Of a DNA stretch of 47,498 nt, positions 19,181 to 29,047 are shown piece by piece (position 1 is the stretch's first letter; each line of letters begins with the position of its first letter). The DNA comes from Burkholderiales bacterium (GTDB lineage Bacteria > Pseudomonadota > Gammaproteobacteria > Burkholderiales > Burkholderiaceae_C). The stretch spans positions 1 to 47,498 of the forward strand of contig JANNGJ010000142.1 in the NCBI GenBank assembly GCA_031403815.1, given 5' to 3'. The translations under genes and the position numbers were made by a program. A model generated the notes under the pieces. The model did not search any database. It worked only from the letters and a program-made list of their open reading frames with translations, and had not been told where the DNA came from.

Positions 19181-20413
19181 GTGACCCCTGCCCCCCTTTC
19201 CATCGCCATCATCGGCGCCGGCCCGGTCGGCTTGGCGCTGGCCTTGCTGGCCGCCCGCACCCTGCCGCAGGCCGCAGTCAGCCTGTTCGATGCCCGGGCT
19301 GCCGATCGGGATGTGTCGGGAGACCCACGCGCGCTTGCACTGGCCCTGGGCAGTGTCCAGTTGCTCGAACGCCTGGGAGCCTGGGACGGGCGCTGCGCAG
19401 AGCCGATCCGCGAGGTCTGGGTCTCGCAGCAGGCTGCGGTGGCGACAGGACCGGCCTGGCTCAGCCGAACGGGTGTGCACTTGTCTGCGGCCGAGTTGGG
19501 ACTGCCGATGCTGGGGGCCGTGCTGCCCTATGGGGCTCTGGTGGCGCCGATGCAGCAGGCCTGGGAGGCCGTTGCCGCGGCCGAGCCGCGGCGCCTGCAC
19601 AGCCGCTTCGGCGCACCCGTCTCGGCCCTGAAAGACGTGCCCGGCGGCGTGGAAGTCGATGCCGGGGTCGTCGACACCTTTGACCTGGCCGTGGTGGCCG
19701 AGGGCGGCGTGTTTGGCACTGACATGCTGGCCGATGTGAAGCACGACTACGGCCAGAACGCCTGGGTTGGCAGCGTCACCCTGGTGGGCGGCAAGCCCGG
19801 CCTGGCTGTCGAAAGGTTCACCCGCCACGGCCCCGTTGCGCTGCTGCCGCTGCCGGGGTCCGCCAGCAGCAGCGGTGAGCTGCGAAGCCAGCGCGCCTCG
19901 CTGGTTTGGTGCGTCGCGAACCACGACGACCCCGTGCGCGACCTGGACGACCGCCAGCGCCTGGCCGTGCTCAATACCTTGTTCGACCCGGCCGTGGGCC
20001 GCATCGACAGCGTGTCGCCATTGAAGTGCTTTGCCCTGGGCCTGGCGGCGCAACGCAGCCTGGTGCGCGGCCGCCAGGTGCGCATTGGCAACGCAGCGCA
20101 GACCTTGCACCCTGTCGCCGGCCAGGGCTTGAACCTCGGCCTGCGCGACGCCTATGCGCTGGCGACGGCCCTGCGCGACGCCGTCGACGCCCAACGCGCC
20201 GCGCCCGACCTCGACGCCGCGCTGTCACGCGTGGCGTGGCAGCGTGCGCCCGACCGCTGGGCCATGATCGCTGCGACGGATTTCCTGGCCCGCAGTTTCA
20301 CCTGGCAGGCACCCGGTGTGGCCGCCCTGCGCGGCATGGGCATGGCCGTGCTCGAAGCGCTGCCGCCCCTGAAGAACGCGCTGGCGAGACGCATGATGTT
20401 CGGCAGCCGGTGA
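19181..20413 (+). CDS. UbiH/UbiF/VisC/COQ6-family FAD-dependent monooxygenase (ubiquinone biosynthesis hydroxylase family)
   Basis: 410-aa ORF (GTG start) with IAIIGAGPVGLALALLLA-type dinucleotide fold and ...RIGNAAQTLHPVAGQGLNLGLRDA..., the family signature. Confidence 0.85.
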   Translation: MTPAPLSIAIIGAGPVGLALALLAARTLPQAAVSLFDARAADRDVSGDPRALALALGSVQLLERLGAWDGRCAEPIREVWVSQQAAVATGPAWLSRTGVHLSAAELGLPMLGAVLPYGALVAPMQQAWEAVAAAEPRRLHSRFGAPVSALKDVPGGVEVDAGVVDTFDLAVVAEGGVFGTDMLADVKHDYGQNAWVGSVTLVGGKPGLAVERFTRHGPVALLPLPGSASSSGELRSQRASLVWCVANHDDPVRDLDDRQRLAVLNTLFDPAVGRIDSVSPLKCFALGLAAQRSLVRGRQVRIGNAAQTLHPVAGQGLNLGLRDAYALATALRDAVDAQRAAPDLDAALSRVAWQRAPDRWAMIAATDFLARSFTWQAPGVAALRGMGMAVLEALPPLKNALARRMMFGSR

Positions 20414-20435
20414 GGCGCAAGCGCGGGGCGTGGCA

Positions 20436-21236
20436 CTACAGCCGGCGGTGCGTCAGGGCCGGCAGTTGTTGGCGCACCGCTGCGAGCCGCTGCACGTCAA
20501 CGTCGGCGAACACGACGCCCTCACCCTCGGGCAGCACCGCCAGCACCTCGCCCCAGGGGTCGATGACCATGCTGTGCCCCCAGGTGCGGCGCCCGTTCTC
20601 ATGCGTGCCGCCTTGGGCGGGCGCGATCACATAGCACTGGTTCTCGACCGCCCGCGCACGCAGCAGCAGCTCCCAATGGTCGCGGCCTGTGGTGTAGGTG
20701 AACGCGGCAGGAACACTCAGCAAGTCGCAGGGTGGCAGGCACAGCTGCCGGTACAACTCGGGAAAGCGCAGGTCGTAGCAGACCGACAAGCCGACGCGCA
20801 GCGCGCCGACCTGTAGCGCGACGGGCTGCTCGCCCGCCTCAAGAACCCGCGCCTCGTCGTAGCTCTCGCGACCGTTGTCGTAGCGGAACAGGTGCATCTT
20901 GTCGTAGCGGGCGGCCAGGCTGCCGTCGGGCGCGTAGACGCAGCAGGCGTTGCGCGCACGCGCGGGATCGGTCGTGCGCATCGGCAGCGTGCCACCGATC
21001 AGCCACAGCCCATGCAACTTGGCCTGCGTCGCCAAGAAAGCCTGAATCGGCCCCGCGCCCGGCGCCTCGGCAATGCGCAGCTTGGCGTCATCACGCCGAC
21101 CCATCAGGCAGAAGTACTCCGGCAGCGCAGCCAGCTGGGCACCGTCGCGCGCGGCCTGGGCAATCAAGCGCGCGGCGGCTTCGATATTGCGCTCGACATC
21201 GGGCGTCGAGACGGTTTGCAGGGCGGCGATTCGCAT
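20436..21236 (-). CDS. carbon-nitrogen hydrolase (nitrilase superfamily) protein
   Basis: MRIAALQ...ALPEYF...(K)...LSVCYDLRFPELY gives the Glu-Lys-Cys triad context. The start is ATG 21236 (or 21245). It lies just downstream of the yhdP-like gene. Confidence 0.85.
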   Translation of the reverse strand: MRIAALQTVSTPDVERNIEAAARLIAQAARDGAQLAALPEYFCLMGRRDDAKLRIAEAPGAGPIQAFLATQAKLHGLWLIGGTLPMRTTDPARARNACCVYAPDGSLAARYDKMHLFRYDNGRESYDEARVLEAGEQPVALQVGALRVGLSVCYDLRFPELYRQLCLPPCDLLSVPAAFTYTTGRDHWELLLRARAVENQCYVIAPAQGGTHENGRRTWGHSMVIDPWGEVLAVLPEGEGVVFADVDVQRLAAVRQQLPALTHRRL

Positions 21237-21247
21237 GAGCCCCATTC

Positions 21248-24200
21248 TCACTGCCGCGGTGCGGACGCGGCTGGCGGCGGCGGATCCAGATCGGGCAGCG
21301 GCTCGCCCAGCTTGCGTTCGACGCGCTCGACTTTCGGGTCGGCCCAGGACCCCTGCACCGTGAACTCACGGGTGCTGGCGGCCATCAGCGGGCGGCGCAG
21401 GAAGATCTGGGCGAGGAAGGTGCCCAGGCCGACGGCGGGGTTGATGACGGCATAGGCCAAAGACGCCGTGCCGGCGTTGATCTCGGGCACCACCAGCACG
21501 CGCAGGCTTTGCGTTTCGCGCGCAATGTCGGCGCTGCCTTCCATCAGCACGGCAGCCTGCACGCCGCGCATGCGCAGGTTGTTGGTGCTGGCCACGCCGT
21601 CGTCGATGGTCACGTCCCCGGTGACGTTGTCGAACGCGAAGCCCTCCTGAAACACGTCGCGAAAATCGAGCAGCAAGCGCCGCGGCAGGGCCTGCAGATT
21701 GAGCACCGAGAGCAAGCGGCCGGCCCCCGGACCCGCCTTGAGGAATTGACCGGCGTCGATGGCCAGGTTGATGCGGCCGTCCAGGCTGGGCACGTGCAGC
21801 GACAGCGGTGAACCCGCCCAGGACAGTTGGCCGCTCATGCGGCCCTTGCCGCCTCGCACGGTGCCGCCAAATCCCAGGCGGTCGAGCACCGCCCCGCTGT
21901 CGACCAAGTCGAGTTTGAAGTCCATCACCATGCGTTGCTGCCGCGCTGCTGCGGCACCCGCGCCGGCGGCGGCCGGTCGCCACTGGCCGGTGCCGGTCAG
22001 CAGCGCGTCGGCATTGGTGACGGCGAAGCGGCTCATGCGCCACTCGCGACCGCCGCCCTCAGCGGCGCGGTTCGCCGCCTCGATCTCGACGCGGCCGAAC
22101 TTCTTGCCACGCAGCTCGAAGTCGTCGATGACGATGTCCAGCGCCGGCACGCTGGCCGGCGCCTGGACCAGCAGGTTCTCGACCGACTCGGCATCGGCGG
22201 GCGGCAGGGCCAGCCGCGCCAACCGGGCATGGATCCGGCCCGGGTTGGTGGGCCCACCGGCAGCGCGGTACTCGACGTAGCCGCCGAGTTGGTCGGCGTC
22301 GAGGCTGCCGCGCCAGGTGCCGTCGGCGCTGTCCTGGCTGACACCCGCCACCAGGCGCGTCAACTTGCGCCCGCCCGAGGTCAGGGATTGCGCGCGCAAG
22401 GCCACCGTGCGCGGCAGGTAGCCGAGCTCGTTGCCTGCCGCGCCATCCGACGCGGCGGCTTGCAGGCGATCGGCCACGGCCTGCCAGGCATCGGCGTCGG
22501 TCGCGGGCAGGTTCAACAGGGCCTGCACCCCGCGCTCGGGCAGCGGCGGCAGCGCGTCGAGCACAGCGATGGCGCCCCGCAGCACTTGCGGGGTGTCACG
22601 CGACAGGTCGCGCTGGTACACGGCCTGGGCGATGCTGCCAAGCTCGACGCGCAGGCTGTCGCGCGCCACCTCACCCTGGGCTGCGGCGGCCAGGCGCGAC
22701 TCGATCCGCAGGGGCCAGGCCGCTTCGGCGGGCTTCTTCAGCGGCGCAGGCAAGTCGAGCGCCAGCCCGGTGAGCGGGCTGGTCAGCGTGAACTCGGTGA
22801 GGCCGCGCACGCTGCCCACGGCCAAGCGGTAGGGCGCCTGTCCGCTCATCGAGCTGGCCAGCCGCGACAAGGCCCCCAGCTCCGGCGCGCGCCGCAGCGC
22901 TTCGGCCGTGGCCACCCCTTGGGCGTTGAAGCGCAAACTGCCGTCGGGCTGCAGCCCGCCGTCGAAACTGGCGTCGCCGCCGAGCACGCGCGCGCTGCCG
23001 CCCGCCAGGGTGAAGCCCTGCTGCGTGAAGTCGATGCGCGCTTTGGCACCCGCCAGCAGCGGTGTGGCCGCCGACATGCGTACGTCGTTCCCGGCCAAGA
23101 CCAAGCGGCCCTTGACCGACGATTGCGCAGGGTCATGGGTCGGTATCTCGAGCTGCAACGACAGCTCGCCAAGGCCGGCGGCTGTGGTGTCGCGCAGCGC
23201 CTGGCCGGTCCAGCCCGCAATCGGGGTGCCATTGACGTAGCGCAGCAAATCGGCCGCCGGACCGCGGGCCTGCCCCTCGATGCGCAGCAGCCCCTGCGCC
23301 AGGTCGGGGATGCTGCCATTGACACGGCTCAGCTCGACGCCATAGACCCGGCCTGAGGCGTTGCGAATCTGCATGGCACTGCGCTCGAACAGCAACTCGC
23401 CGCTGACGCGCGTGAACGCCGGCCACGCCGATGGCCCGTCAGGACCGTCCGGGACATAGGCCACGGTCACGTCCTCGGCGCGCGCCGTGATCTTGAACTC
23501 GCCGCCGGGCGCTGCGGATGCGCCACTGGCACGTGGGCCGGCGAAGGGGAAATCCCACAGGTCCCCCTTGACCTTGAAGCTGGCGCTCGCGACGCGGCCC
23601 TCGAGCACCGCCTGCTGCACATAGCGACGCGCTTCTTCGGGCACACCCAGGGGCAGGTAACGGGCAACCGCAGCGGCGCGGCCGCGGGAGAGGGTGCCCG
23701 TCAGCTCGAGGCGGCCCGGCAGGCGGGCACCGCGGCCGTGGCCACTGGCCGCACTGGCCGCGCTGGCGGCGCTGGGCGTGCGCACGGTCGAGGCGGGTGC
23801 GGCCAGTGCACCGTCCCCGGTCTGCCATCGCAGTGCCGACACCTCGCCCTGCGCGTCGGGGTTGGCAAATCGCGTATCGGCCAGCGCCAGCTCGATCGCT
23901 GGCGGCAAGCCGGGCTGCGCCGAGGGTCGGATACGCCAGCTCACGTCCGTCGAGAACGTGTCGAACGCGACCTCGGGTCGCTCGAACACCCCCGGCAGAA
24001 TCAGGGCCCCTTTGTCGAGCACCAACCTGGCCTTGCCGCCCGTGTGCGTGGCGTCGAGCTCAATGGCCGCGTTGCGCCAGCCGGGCCGCCCGATCACGTG
24101 CGGTTCCGGCGACGCGGCCGCTGCGATGCCCGAGCCTGTCAGTCTGGCCTTGACGTGGTAGCGCGCCGGTGCATCGATGGCGCCGTCCCAGCCTGCGGCC

Positions 24201-25432
24201 AGGCCGCTGATCTGCCCACTTGGCGCGAGTTCCGCCAGCGCGCGCGCCAGGGTGGCCCCGAGCGGTAAGCGTGCCGCCACCTGGGCCATGCTCGCCAGGT
24301 CCAAGCGGTCGGCACTCAGCTCGCCGCCGATGAAGGGCGCTGCCGGCGTGGCCGCCTGGCGCAAGGCCAGCGCGAACTGGCTGCTCGGCCAGACCACGCC
24401 GTCGTCAGTGTCGAAGGCCAGACCGTCAGCCGCCAGCTTGAGCTGACCGCTGTGCTGCTCCAGGGTGATGCGGCCCTGCAAGCGGGTAACGGCCAATGGC
24501 TGCACGCCGGCATCAAGTCGCAACGCGACGGAGCGCAGCGCCAGATCGACTGTCGCGGCCTGGAACTCACCCTGGCGCAGGTCAATCCAGGCGCCAACCG
24601 CGCCCTCCCCCTGGCTGAGCTCAAAGGGCAGGTTGACGTAACGGCGCAGTTCGGCGACCTGGGCACGCGGCAAGGCCGCGTGCACGGTGCCCGTCCAGCG
24701 CCGCCAGTCGCCACTGGGGTCGAGCAGCGACTGTCGGAAGCGACCCTGCACACTGAAGCGTTCACCCCAGTCTGCCGGCGGGGTTGCGTCCAGGCGCAGG
24801 TCATGCCGGCGCAAGCCGTTGCGCACAACCAGGTCGACACTCTCAAGCGCCAACACGGGTGCGTTGCGCTGTTCATCGATCCAGCGCAGGCGCCCGTTGC
24901 GGACAACGAACTCCGACTGGGAGAAGAACCAATCGACCGCGCCACTGTCAGGATCGGTGCCGCTGGGCGGAATTTCGATGCCGGCGACAAAGAAGCGTCC
25001 GGCGCTGTCGCGCCGGATCTCGAGCGCGGCGCCCTCCAGATGCAACTGCTCGAAGCGTAACTCGAAGGCCAGCAAGGAACGCGCCGAGACGGCCGCACTG
25101 ACCTTGGGCAAGCGCAGGGCTTCGCGCTGTTGGCGATCCTTCAACACCACATTGCTCAACTCGATGGCCGGAATCCAACCGCCCGAGCGAACCTGGATCG
25201 CCTCGATGGTCACCGGCACGCCCAGCGCCTGACTGGCGCGCGCTTCGATCTGCGGGCGCCACTGCTCGATGCGAGGCAGAATGCCCCAATGCAGCACCAG
25301 CCATGCCAGCAGCAATAAGCTCCAGGCCCCGAACAAGAAGCCGAATGCAATGCGCCACGCCCAGCGCAACGCAGGGTGTCTGCGCCGCTCTGCGCGGCCG
25401 GCAGCAGCGGTTTGGGCGGGCGGGGAGGGCAA
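21248..25432 (-). CDS. yhdP: YhdP-family (AsmA-like, DUF3971-containing) large envelope protein
   Basis: 1394-aa ORF with one N-terminal TM segment (WRIAFGFLFGAWSLLLLAWLVL) and a long beta-rich repetitive body. The C-terminal ...MRGVQAAVLMEGSADIARETQSLRVLVVPE...QGSWADPKV is typical of the family. Its position between glnE and the nitrilase gene is the usual one. The TTG start at 25432 is uncertain. Confidence 0.8.
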   Translation of the reverse strand: MPSPPAQTAAAGRAERRRHPALRWAWRIAFGFLFGAWSLLLLAWLVLHWGILPRIEQWRPQIEARASQALGVPVTIEAIQVRSGGWIPAIELSNVVLKDRQQREALRLPKVSAAVSARSLLAFELRFEQLHLEGAALEIRRDSAGRFFVAGIEIPPSGTDPDSGAVDWFFSQSEFVVRNGRLRWIDEQRNAPVLALESVDLVVRNGLRRHDLRLDATPPADWGERFSVQGRFRQSLLDPSGDWRRWTGTVHAALPRAQVAELRRYVNLPFELSQGEGAVGAWIDLRQGEFQAATVDLALRSVALRLDAGVQPLAVTRLQGRITLEQHSGQLKLAADGLAFDTDDGVVWPSSQFALALRQAATPAAPFIGGELSADRLDLASMAQVAARLPLGATLARALAELAPSGQISGLAAGWDGAIDAPARYHVKARLTGSGIAAAASPEPHVIGRPGWRNAAIELDATHTGGKARLVLDKGALILPGVFERPEVAFDTFSTDVSWRIRPSAQPGLPPAIELALADTRFANPDAQGEVSALRWQTGDGALAAPASTVRTPSAASAASAASGHGRGARLPGRLELTGTLSRGRAAAVARYLPLGVPEEARRYVQQAVLEGRVASASFKVKGDLWDFPFAGPRASGASAAPGGEFKITARAEDVTVAYVPDGPDGPSAWPAFTRVSGELLFERSAMQIRNASGRVYGVELSRVNGSIPDLAQGLLRIEGQARGPAADLLRYVNGTPIAGWTGQALRDTTAAGLGELSLQLEIPTHDPAQSSVKGRLVLAGNDVRMSAATPLLAGAKARIDFTQQGFTLAGGSARVLGGDASFDGGLQPDGSLRFNAQGVATAEALRRAPELGALSRLASSMSGQAPYRLAVGSVRGLTEFTLTSPLTGLALDLPAPLKKPAEAAWPLRIESRLAAAAQGEVARDSLRVELGSIAQAVYQRDLSRDTPQVLRGAIAVLDALPPLPERGVQALLNLPATDADAWQAVADRLQAAASDGAAGNELGYLPRTVALRAQSLTSGGRKLTRLVAGVSQDSADGTWRGSLDADQLGGYVEYRAAGGPTNPGRIHARLARLALPPADAESVENLLVQAPASVPALDIVIDDFELRGKKFGRVEIEAANRAAEGGGREWRMSRFAVTNADALLTGTGQWRPAAAGAGAAAARQQRMVMDFKLDLVDSGAVLDRLGFGGTVRGGKGRMSGQLSWAGSPLSLHVPSLDGRINLAIDAGQFLKAGPGAGRLLSVLNLQALPRRLLLDFRDVFQEGFAFDNVTGDVTIDDGVASTNNLRMRGVQAAVLMEGSADIARETQSLRVLVVPEINAGTASLAYAVINPAVGLGTFLAQIFLRRPLMAASTREFTVQGSWADPKVERVERKLGEPLPDLDPPPPAASAPRQ

Positions 25433-25589
25433 GGTGGGGACGATAGACGGCAGGGCGACCCGCGGCGGCAGGCTGGGCGTCGGGCGCTGCCGCGGGCGCC
25501 CAGGGCTTCAATGGCACAGCGGCCGACATCGCAGACTGGCGCGCCGAGCCAATCTAGCACAGGGTCGCTGACAGACCCGCGCCGTCGCA

Positions 25590-28337
25590 ATGGGTTCCCC
25601 GAGCGTTTCGCCCCCGGCCGCCGTGGCGGCTGCCGAGCACAGCCGCTTCGTACAGCGCGTGCGTCGGCGTCACGCCGCCGAACTGGCTTGGTTGCCAGCC
25701 GGCTTGCCGACGGCGCAGTCCATCAGCGCCGTGGTCGCGCACGCCCTGGCCAGCGGCGGCTGTAGCCTGCCCAGCGCCCTGCGCGTGACGCGCCAACTGG
25801 TGCTGGAGCGACTGGCTGTGCTGGACATCGAACAGGCCGCCTCGCTGCAGGACGTGACCGCGACGATGACGACGCTGGCCGAGACCAGCCTCGAGATCGC
25901 GCTGGCCCAGGCCCTGGCGGATGCCGATGCGCGCCATGGCGCGCCGCTCAGCGCCCAGGGCCAACGCATCGAATTCTGGATTGTCGGCATGGGCAAGCTG
26001 GGCGCGCGCGAGCTGAACGTCTCCTCCGACATCGATTTGATCTACGTCTATGAAGAAGCGGGCCAGACCGAGGGGCCCGAGCCCGTCTCGGCGCACGAAT
26101 ACTTCTCGCGCGTCGCGCGCAGCCTGTATGCGCTGATCGGCGACAGCAGCGAGGAGGGCTTCGTCTTCCGCGTCGACCTGGCGCTGCGCCCGAACGGCAA
26201 CTCCGGGCCGCCGGTTGTCAGCCTGGCGATGCTCGAGGAGTACTTCCAGGTCCAGGGCCGCGAGTGGGAGCGCTTTGCGTGGCTGAAGAGCCGCGTGGTC
26301 GCCCCCCGCGCTGCGGTCACCAGCGGGCGCGCGCTGGCGCTGCGTTCGCTCGTCACCCCTTTTGTCTATCGCCGCTACCTCGACTACGGCGTCTTCGAGG
26401 GCCTGCGCCAGTTGCACGGCAAGATCCGCGAAGAAGCGCAGCGCCGCGCCGCAGGCCGGCCCGAGCGCAGCAATGACGTGAAGCTGTCGCGCGGTGGCAT
26501 CCGCGAAATCGAGTTCATCGTCCAGTTGCTGCTGGTGGTACGCGGCGGCCAGTTTCCCGAGATCCGCACCCGCTCGACGCTCAAGGCGCTGCACCGCCTG
26601 GCTGCACGCGGCCTGATGAAGCCGGCCACCGCGGATCAGTTGGCCGAGGCCTACAGCTTCCTGCGCCGCGTCGAGCACCGCATCCAGTACCTCGACGACC
26701 AACAGACCCACCTGCTGCCTGGCGCGGACGCCGACCTCGCCTGGATCGCCCGATCACTCGGTTTGACCTGCAACGCCGATGCCTGCGAGTTGCTCGACCG
26801 CCTGGGGCAGACGCGCGAATTGGTGGCCACGGAGTTCGACGCCCTGCTGCACGACGGCCAAAACACAACCGGTTCGGGCCCAGGGGGTTGCAAGACCTGC
26901 GGCCCAGGTCCATTGCCGATCGACGACGAAGCCTTTCTCGAACGCTTGCCACCCGCCTTGGCGGCGCGCACGCGCACCTGGGCTGCCCAGGCGCGCGTGC
27001 AGTCGCTGCGCGACTCCAGCAAGCAGCGCCTGGCGCGCCTGGTCCAGCGGGCGGCCGAGTGCGTCGAGAACGGCCGGTGCAGCGCCGATGCGGCGCTGCG
27101 CTTTGTCGACTGGATGGAGCCGCTGTTGCGGCGCGAGAGCTACCTGGCCTTGCTGGTCGAACGCCCCGAAGTCCAGCAGCGCCTGCTCGGCCTGCTCGGT
27201 ATGGCGCGCTGGCCGACACGCTACCTGATGCAACACCCGGGCGTGATCGATGAACTGGCCGATGCCCAGCTGCTGCACAGCCGCTTTGACCGTGACGCCT
27301 TCATTGCCGAAATGAACGATCGCCACGCCGCCTGGCATCGCTCGGGCGAGGCCAGCGAAGAAGCCCTGCTTGACGCCCTGCGGCGAGCCCACCACGCGGA
27401 AGTGTTTCGCACTCTGGTGCGCGATGTCGAAGGCCACATCACAGTCGAACAAGTTGCCGACGACCTGTCGGCGCTGGCCGATGCGGTGCTTGAGTGCACC
27501 ATCCGCTGGGCCTGGATGCATCTGCGCCAGCGCCACCGCGAAACGCCGCAGTTCGCCGTCATCGCCTACGGCAAGCTCGGCGGCAAGGAGCTCGGCTATG
27601 GCAGCGACCTCGACGTGGTCTTCGTCTTCGACGACCACGATGAAGCCGACGCCGACAAGGCGGTCGAGATCTACGGCGCCTTCGTGCGCAAACTGATCAC
27701 CTGGTTGACCCTGCGCACATCCGCCGGGGAGTTGTTCGACATCGACACTGCCCTGCGCCCGAACGGCAACTCGGGCCTGCTGGTGACCTCGATCGCTGCC
27801 TTCGAGCAATACCAGCGTGGCCGCGGCAGCAACACCGCCTGGACCTGGGAACACCAGGCCTTGACGCGCGCGCGCTGCTGCGCCGGCACACCGGCCTTGG
27901 CCGAGCGCTTCGAGGCGGTGCGCCGCGAAGTGCTGGCGGCCCCGCGCGACCATGCTGCGCTGGCGCTGGAAGTTGGGGCGATGCGCGACAAGGTGCGCGC
28001 CGCGCGGCCGGTCAAGGGCGGGCTGTTTGACGTCAAGCACAGCGCCGGCGGCATGATGGACGCCGAGTTCGCGGTGCAGTTTCTGGTCTTGGCCCACGCC
28101 GCGGCACACCCCGAGTTGCAGGCCAACGTCGGCAACATCGCCCTGCTGCTGCGGGCTCAGGCTTGCAGTCTGTTGCCGGCCGGCGTCGGCCAGGCCGCCG
28201 CCGACGCCTACCGCGAGCTGCGGCGGGCCCAGCACCGTGCGCGCCTGGACGAACAAGCGACACAGTTTCCCGCCGCAGGTCTGGCCCGTGAGCGCGACGC
28301 CGTATTGGCCCTGTGGCAGGCGGTCTTTGCCGCCTAG
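25590..28337 (+). CDS. glnE: bifunctional glutamine synthetase adenylyltransferase / adenylyl-removing enzyme
   Basis: 915-aa ORF with two nucleotidyltransferase repeats (GMGKLGARELNVSSDIDLIYVY and AYGKLGGKELGYGSDLDVVFVF), each followed by ...RVDLALRPNG / ...DTALRPNG. Confidence 0.95.
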   Translation: MGSPSVSPPAAVAAAEHSRFVQRVRRRHAAELAWLPAGLPTAQSISAVVAHALASGGCSLPSALRVTRQLVLERLAVLDIEQAASLQDVTATMTTLAETSLEIALAQALADADARHGAPLSAQGQRIEFWIVGMGKLGARELNVSSDIDLIYVYEEAGQTEGPEPVSAHEYFSRVARSLYALIGDSSEEGFVFRVDLALRPNGNSGPPVVSLAMLEEYFQVQGREWERFAWLKSRVVAPRAAVTSGRALALRSLVTPFVYRRYLDYGVFEGLRQLHGKIREEAQRRAAGRPERSNDVKLSRGGIREIEFIVQLLLVVRGGQFPEIRTRSTLKALHRLAARGLMKPATADQLAEAYSFLRRVEHRIQYLDDQQTHLLPGADADLAWIARSLGLTCNADACELLDRLGQTRELVATEFDALLHDGQNTTGSGPGGCKTCGPGPLPIDDEAFLERLPPALAARTRTWAAQARVQSLRDSSKQRLARLVQRAAECVENGRCSADAALRFVDWMEPLLRRESYLALLVERPEVQQRLLGLLGMARWPTRYLMQHPGVIDELADAQLLHSRFDRDAFIAEMNDRHAAWHRSGEASEEALLDALRRAHHAEVFRTLVRDVEGHITVEQVADDLSALADAVLECTIRWAWMHLRQRHRETPQFAVIAYGKLGGKELGYGSDLDVVFVFDDHDEADADKAVEIYGAFVRKLITWLTLRTSAGELFDIDTALRPNGNSGLLVTSIAAFEQYQRGRGSNTAWTWEHQALTRARCCAGTPALAERFEAVRREVLAAPRDHAALALEVGAMRDKVRAARPVKGGLFDVKHSAGGMMDAEFAVQFLVLAHAAAHPELQANVGNIALLLRAQACSLLPAGVGQAAADAYRELRRAQHRARLDEQATQFPAAGLARERDAVLALWQAVFAA

Positions 28338-28347
28338 CGTCGCTGCC

Positions 28348-28947
28348 GTGATCCCGTCGCCCGCGCCGCGCGCCTGGGCCTTGTGCTCACTCGGCTTTGC
28401 CTTGGCCGCGCTGTTGCTCTGGACGGCGCCGCGCGACATGCTCGACTGGCAAGCGCCTCTGGCCATGGCACAAGCTTGGCGCTTCTGGACTGCGGCCTTC
28501 GTGCACTGGAGCGCGCAGCACCTGCTGGCCAACCTGCTGGGTTGCGCGGCGGTCGCTGCCTTCGGTGTCGCGGCCCAGGTGCCGCGCCATGTCACCTGGG
28601 CTTGGTTGGTCGCCTGGCCGCTGAGCCATGCCGCGCTCGCACTGGCGCCTCAGCTGCAGCACTACGGGGGCCTGTCGGGCGTGCTGCACGCAGGCGTCGC
28701 GGCGGCAGCTCTGCACCTGGTTTGGCGCGCCGCGGGTCGCCGACGCAGCATCGGCTGGGCCGTGCTGACAGGCTTGTCCATCAAGCTACTGCTCGAGCGC
28801 CCCTGGCAGGGGCCGACGCAATTCGTGCCGGGCTGGGATATTGCGCTGGCGCCGCTGGCGCATGTGACCGGCGCGGTCAGCGGGCTGCTTTGCGGCGCCG
28901 TTGCCCAGCTGGTCACCAGCCGCCGGACACAACGCGCGGTGGCCTGA
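28348..28947 (+). CDS. rhomboid-family intramembrane serine protease (size and layout like rhombosortase)
   Basis: ORF 28237..28947. A GTG at 28348 gives about 200 aa. It is multi-TM, with W(R)FWTAAFVHWS..HLL.N, GGLSGVLHAG (catalytic Ser context) and a later LAHVTGAVSG (His). The long version of the ORF overlaps the end of glnE. Confidence 0.6.
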   Translation: MIPSPAPRAWALCSLGFALAALLLWTAPRDMLDWQAPLAMAQAWRFWTAAFVHWSAQHLLANLLGCAAVAAFGVAAQVPRHVTWAWLVAWPLSHAALALAPQLQHYGGLSGVLHAGVAAAALHLVWRAAGRRRSIGWAVLTGLSIKLLLERPWQGPTQFVPGWDIALAPLAHVTGAVSGLLCGAVAQLVTSRRTQRAVA

Positions 28948-29047
28948 TGCCAACACGTCAGGGCACACTGTCGATGCGGCCGATTGAGGCCCTCGGCAGC
29001 GCCCCAACCAACCGGCGTCCCCTGCTCACTCACCGAAGGAAGCATCC

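Noticed and set aside
23730-23775. Short tandem repeat gccgc(a/g)ctg encoding SAASAASAAS inside the yhdP-like gene
   Set aside because: It is an in-frame low-complexity linker within a long intact ORF. Nothing suggests function beyond ordinary repeat slippage.
26754-28595. 613-aa ORF on the minus strand
   Set aside because: It is antisense to glnE, with the same shadow-ORF composition and no motifs.
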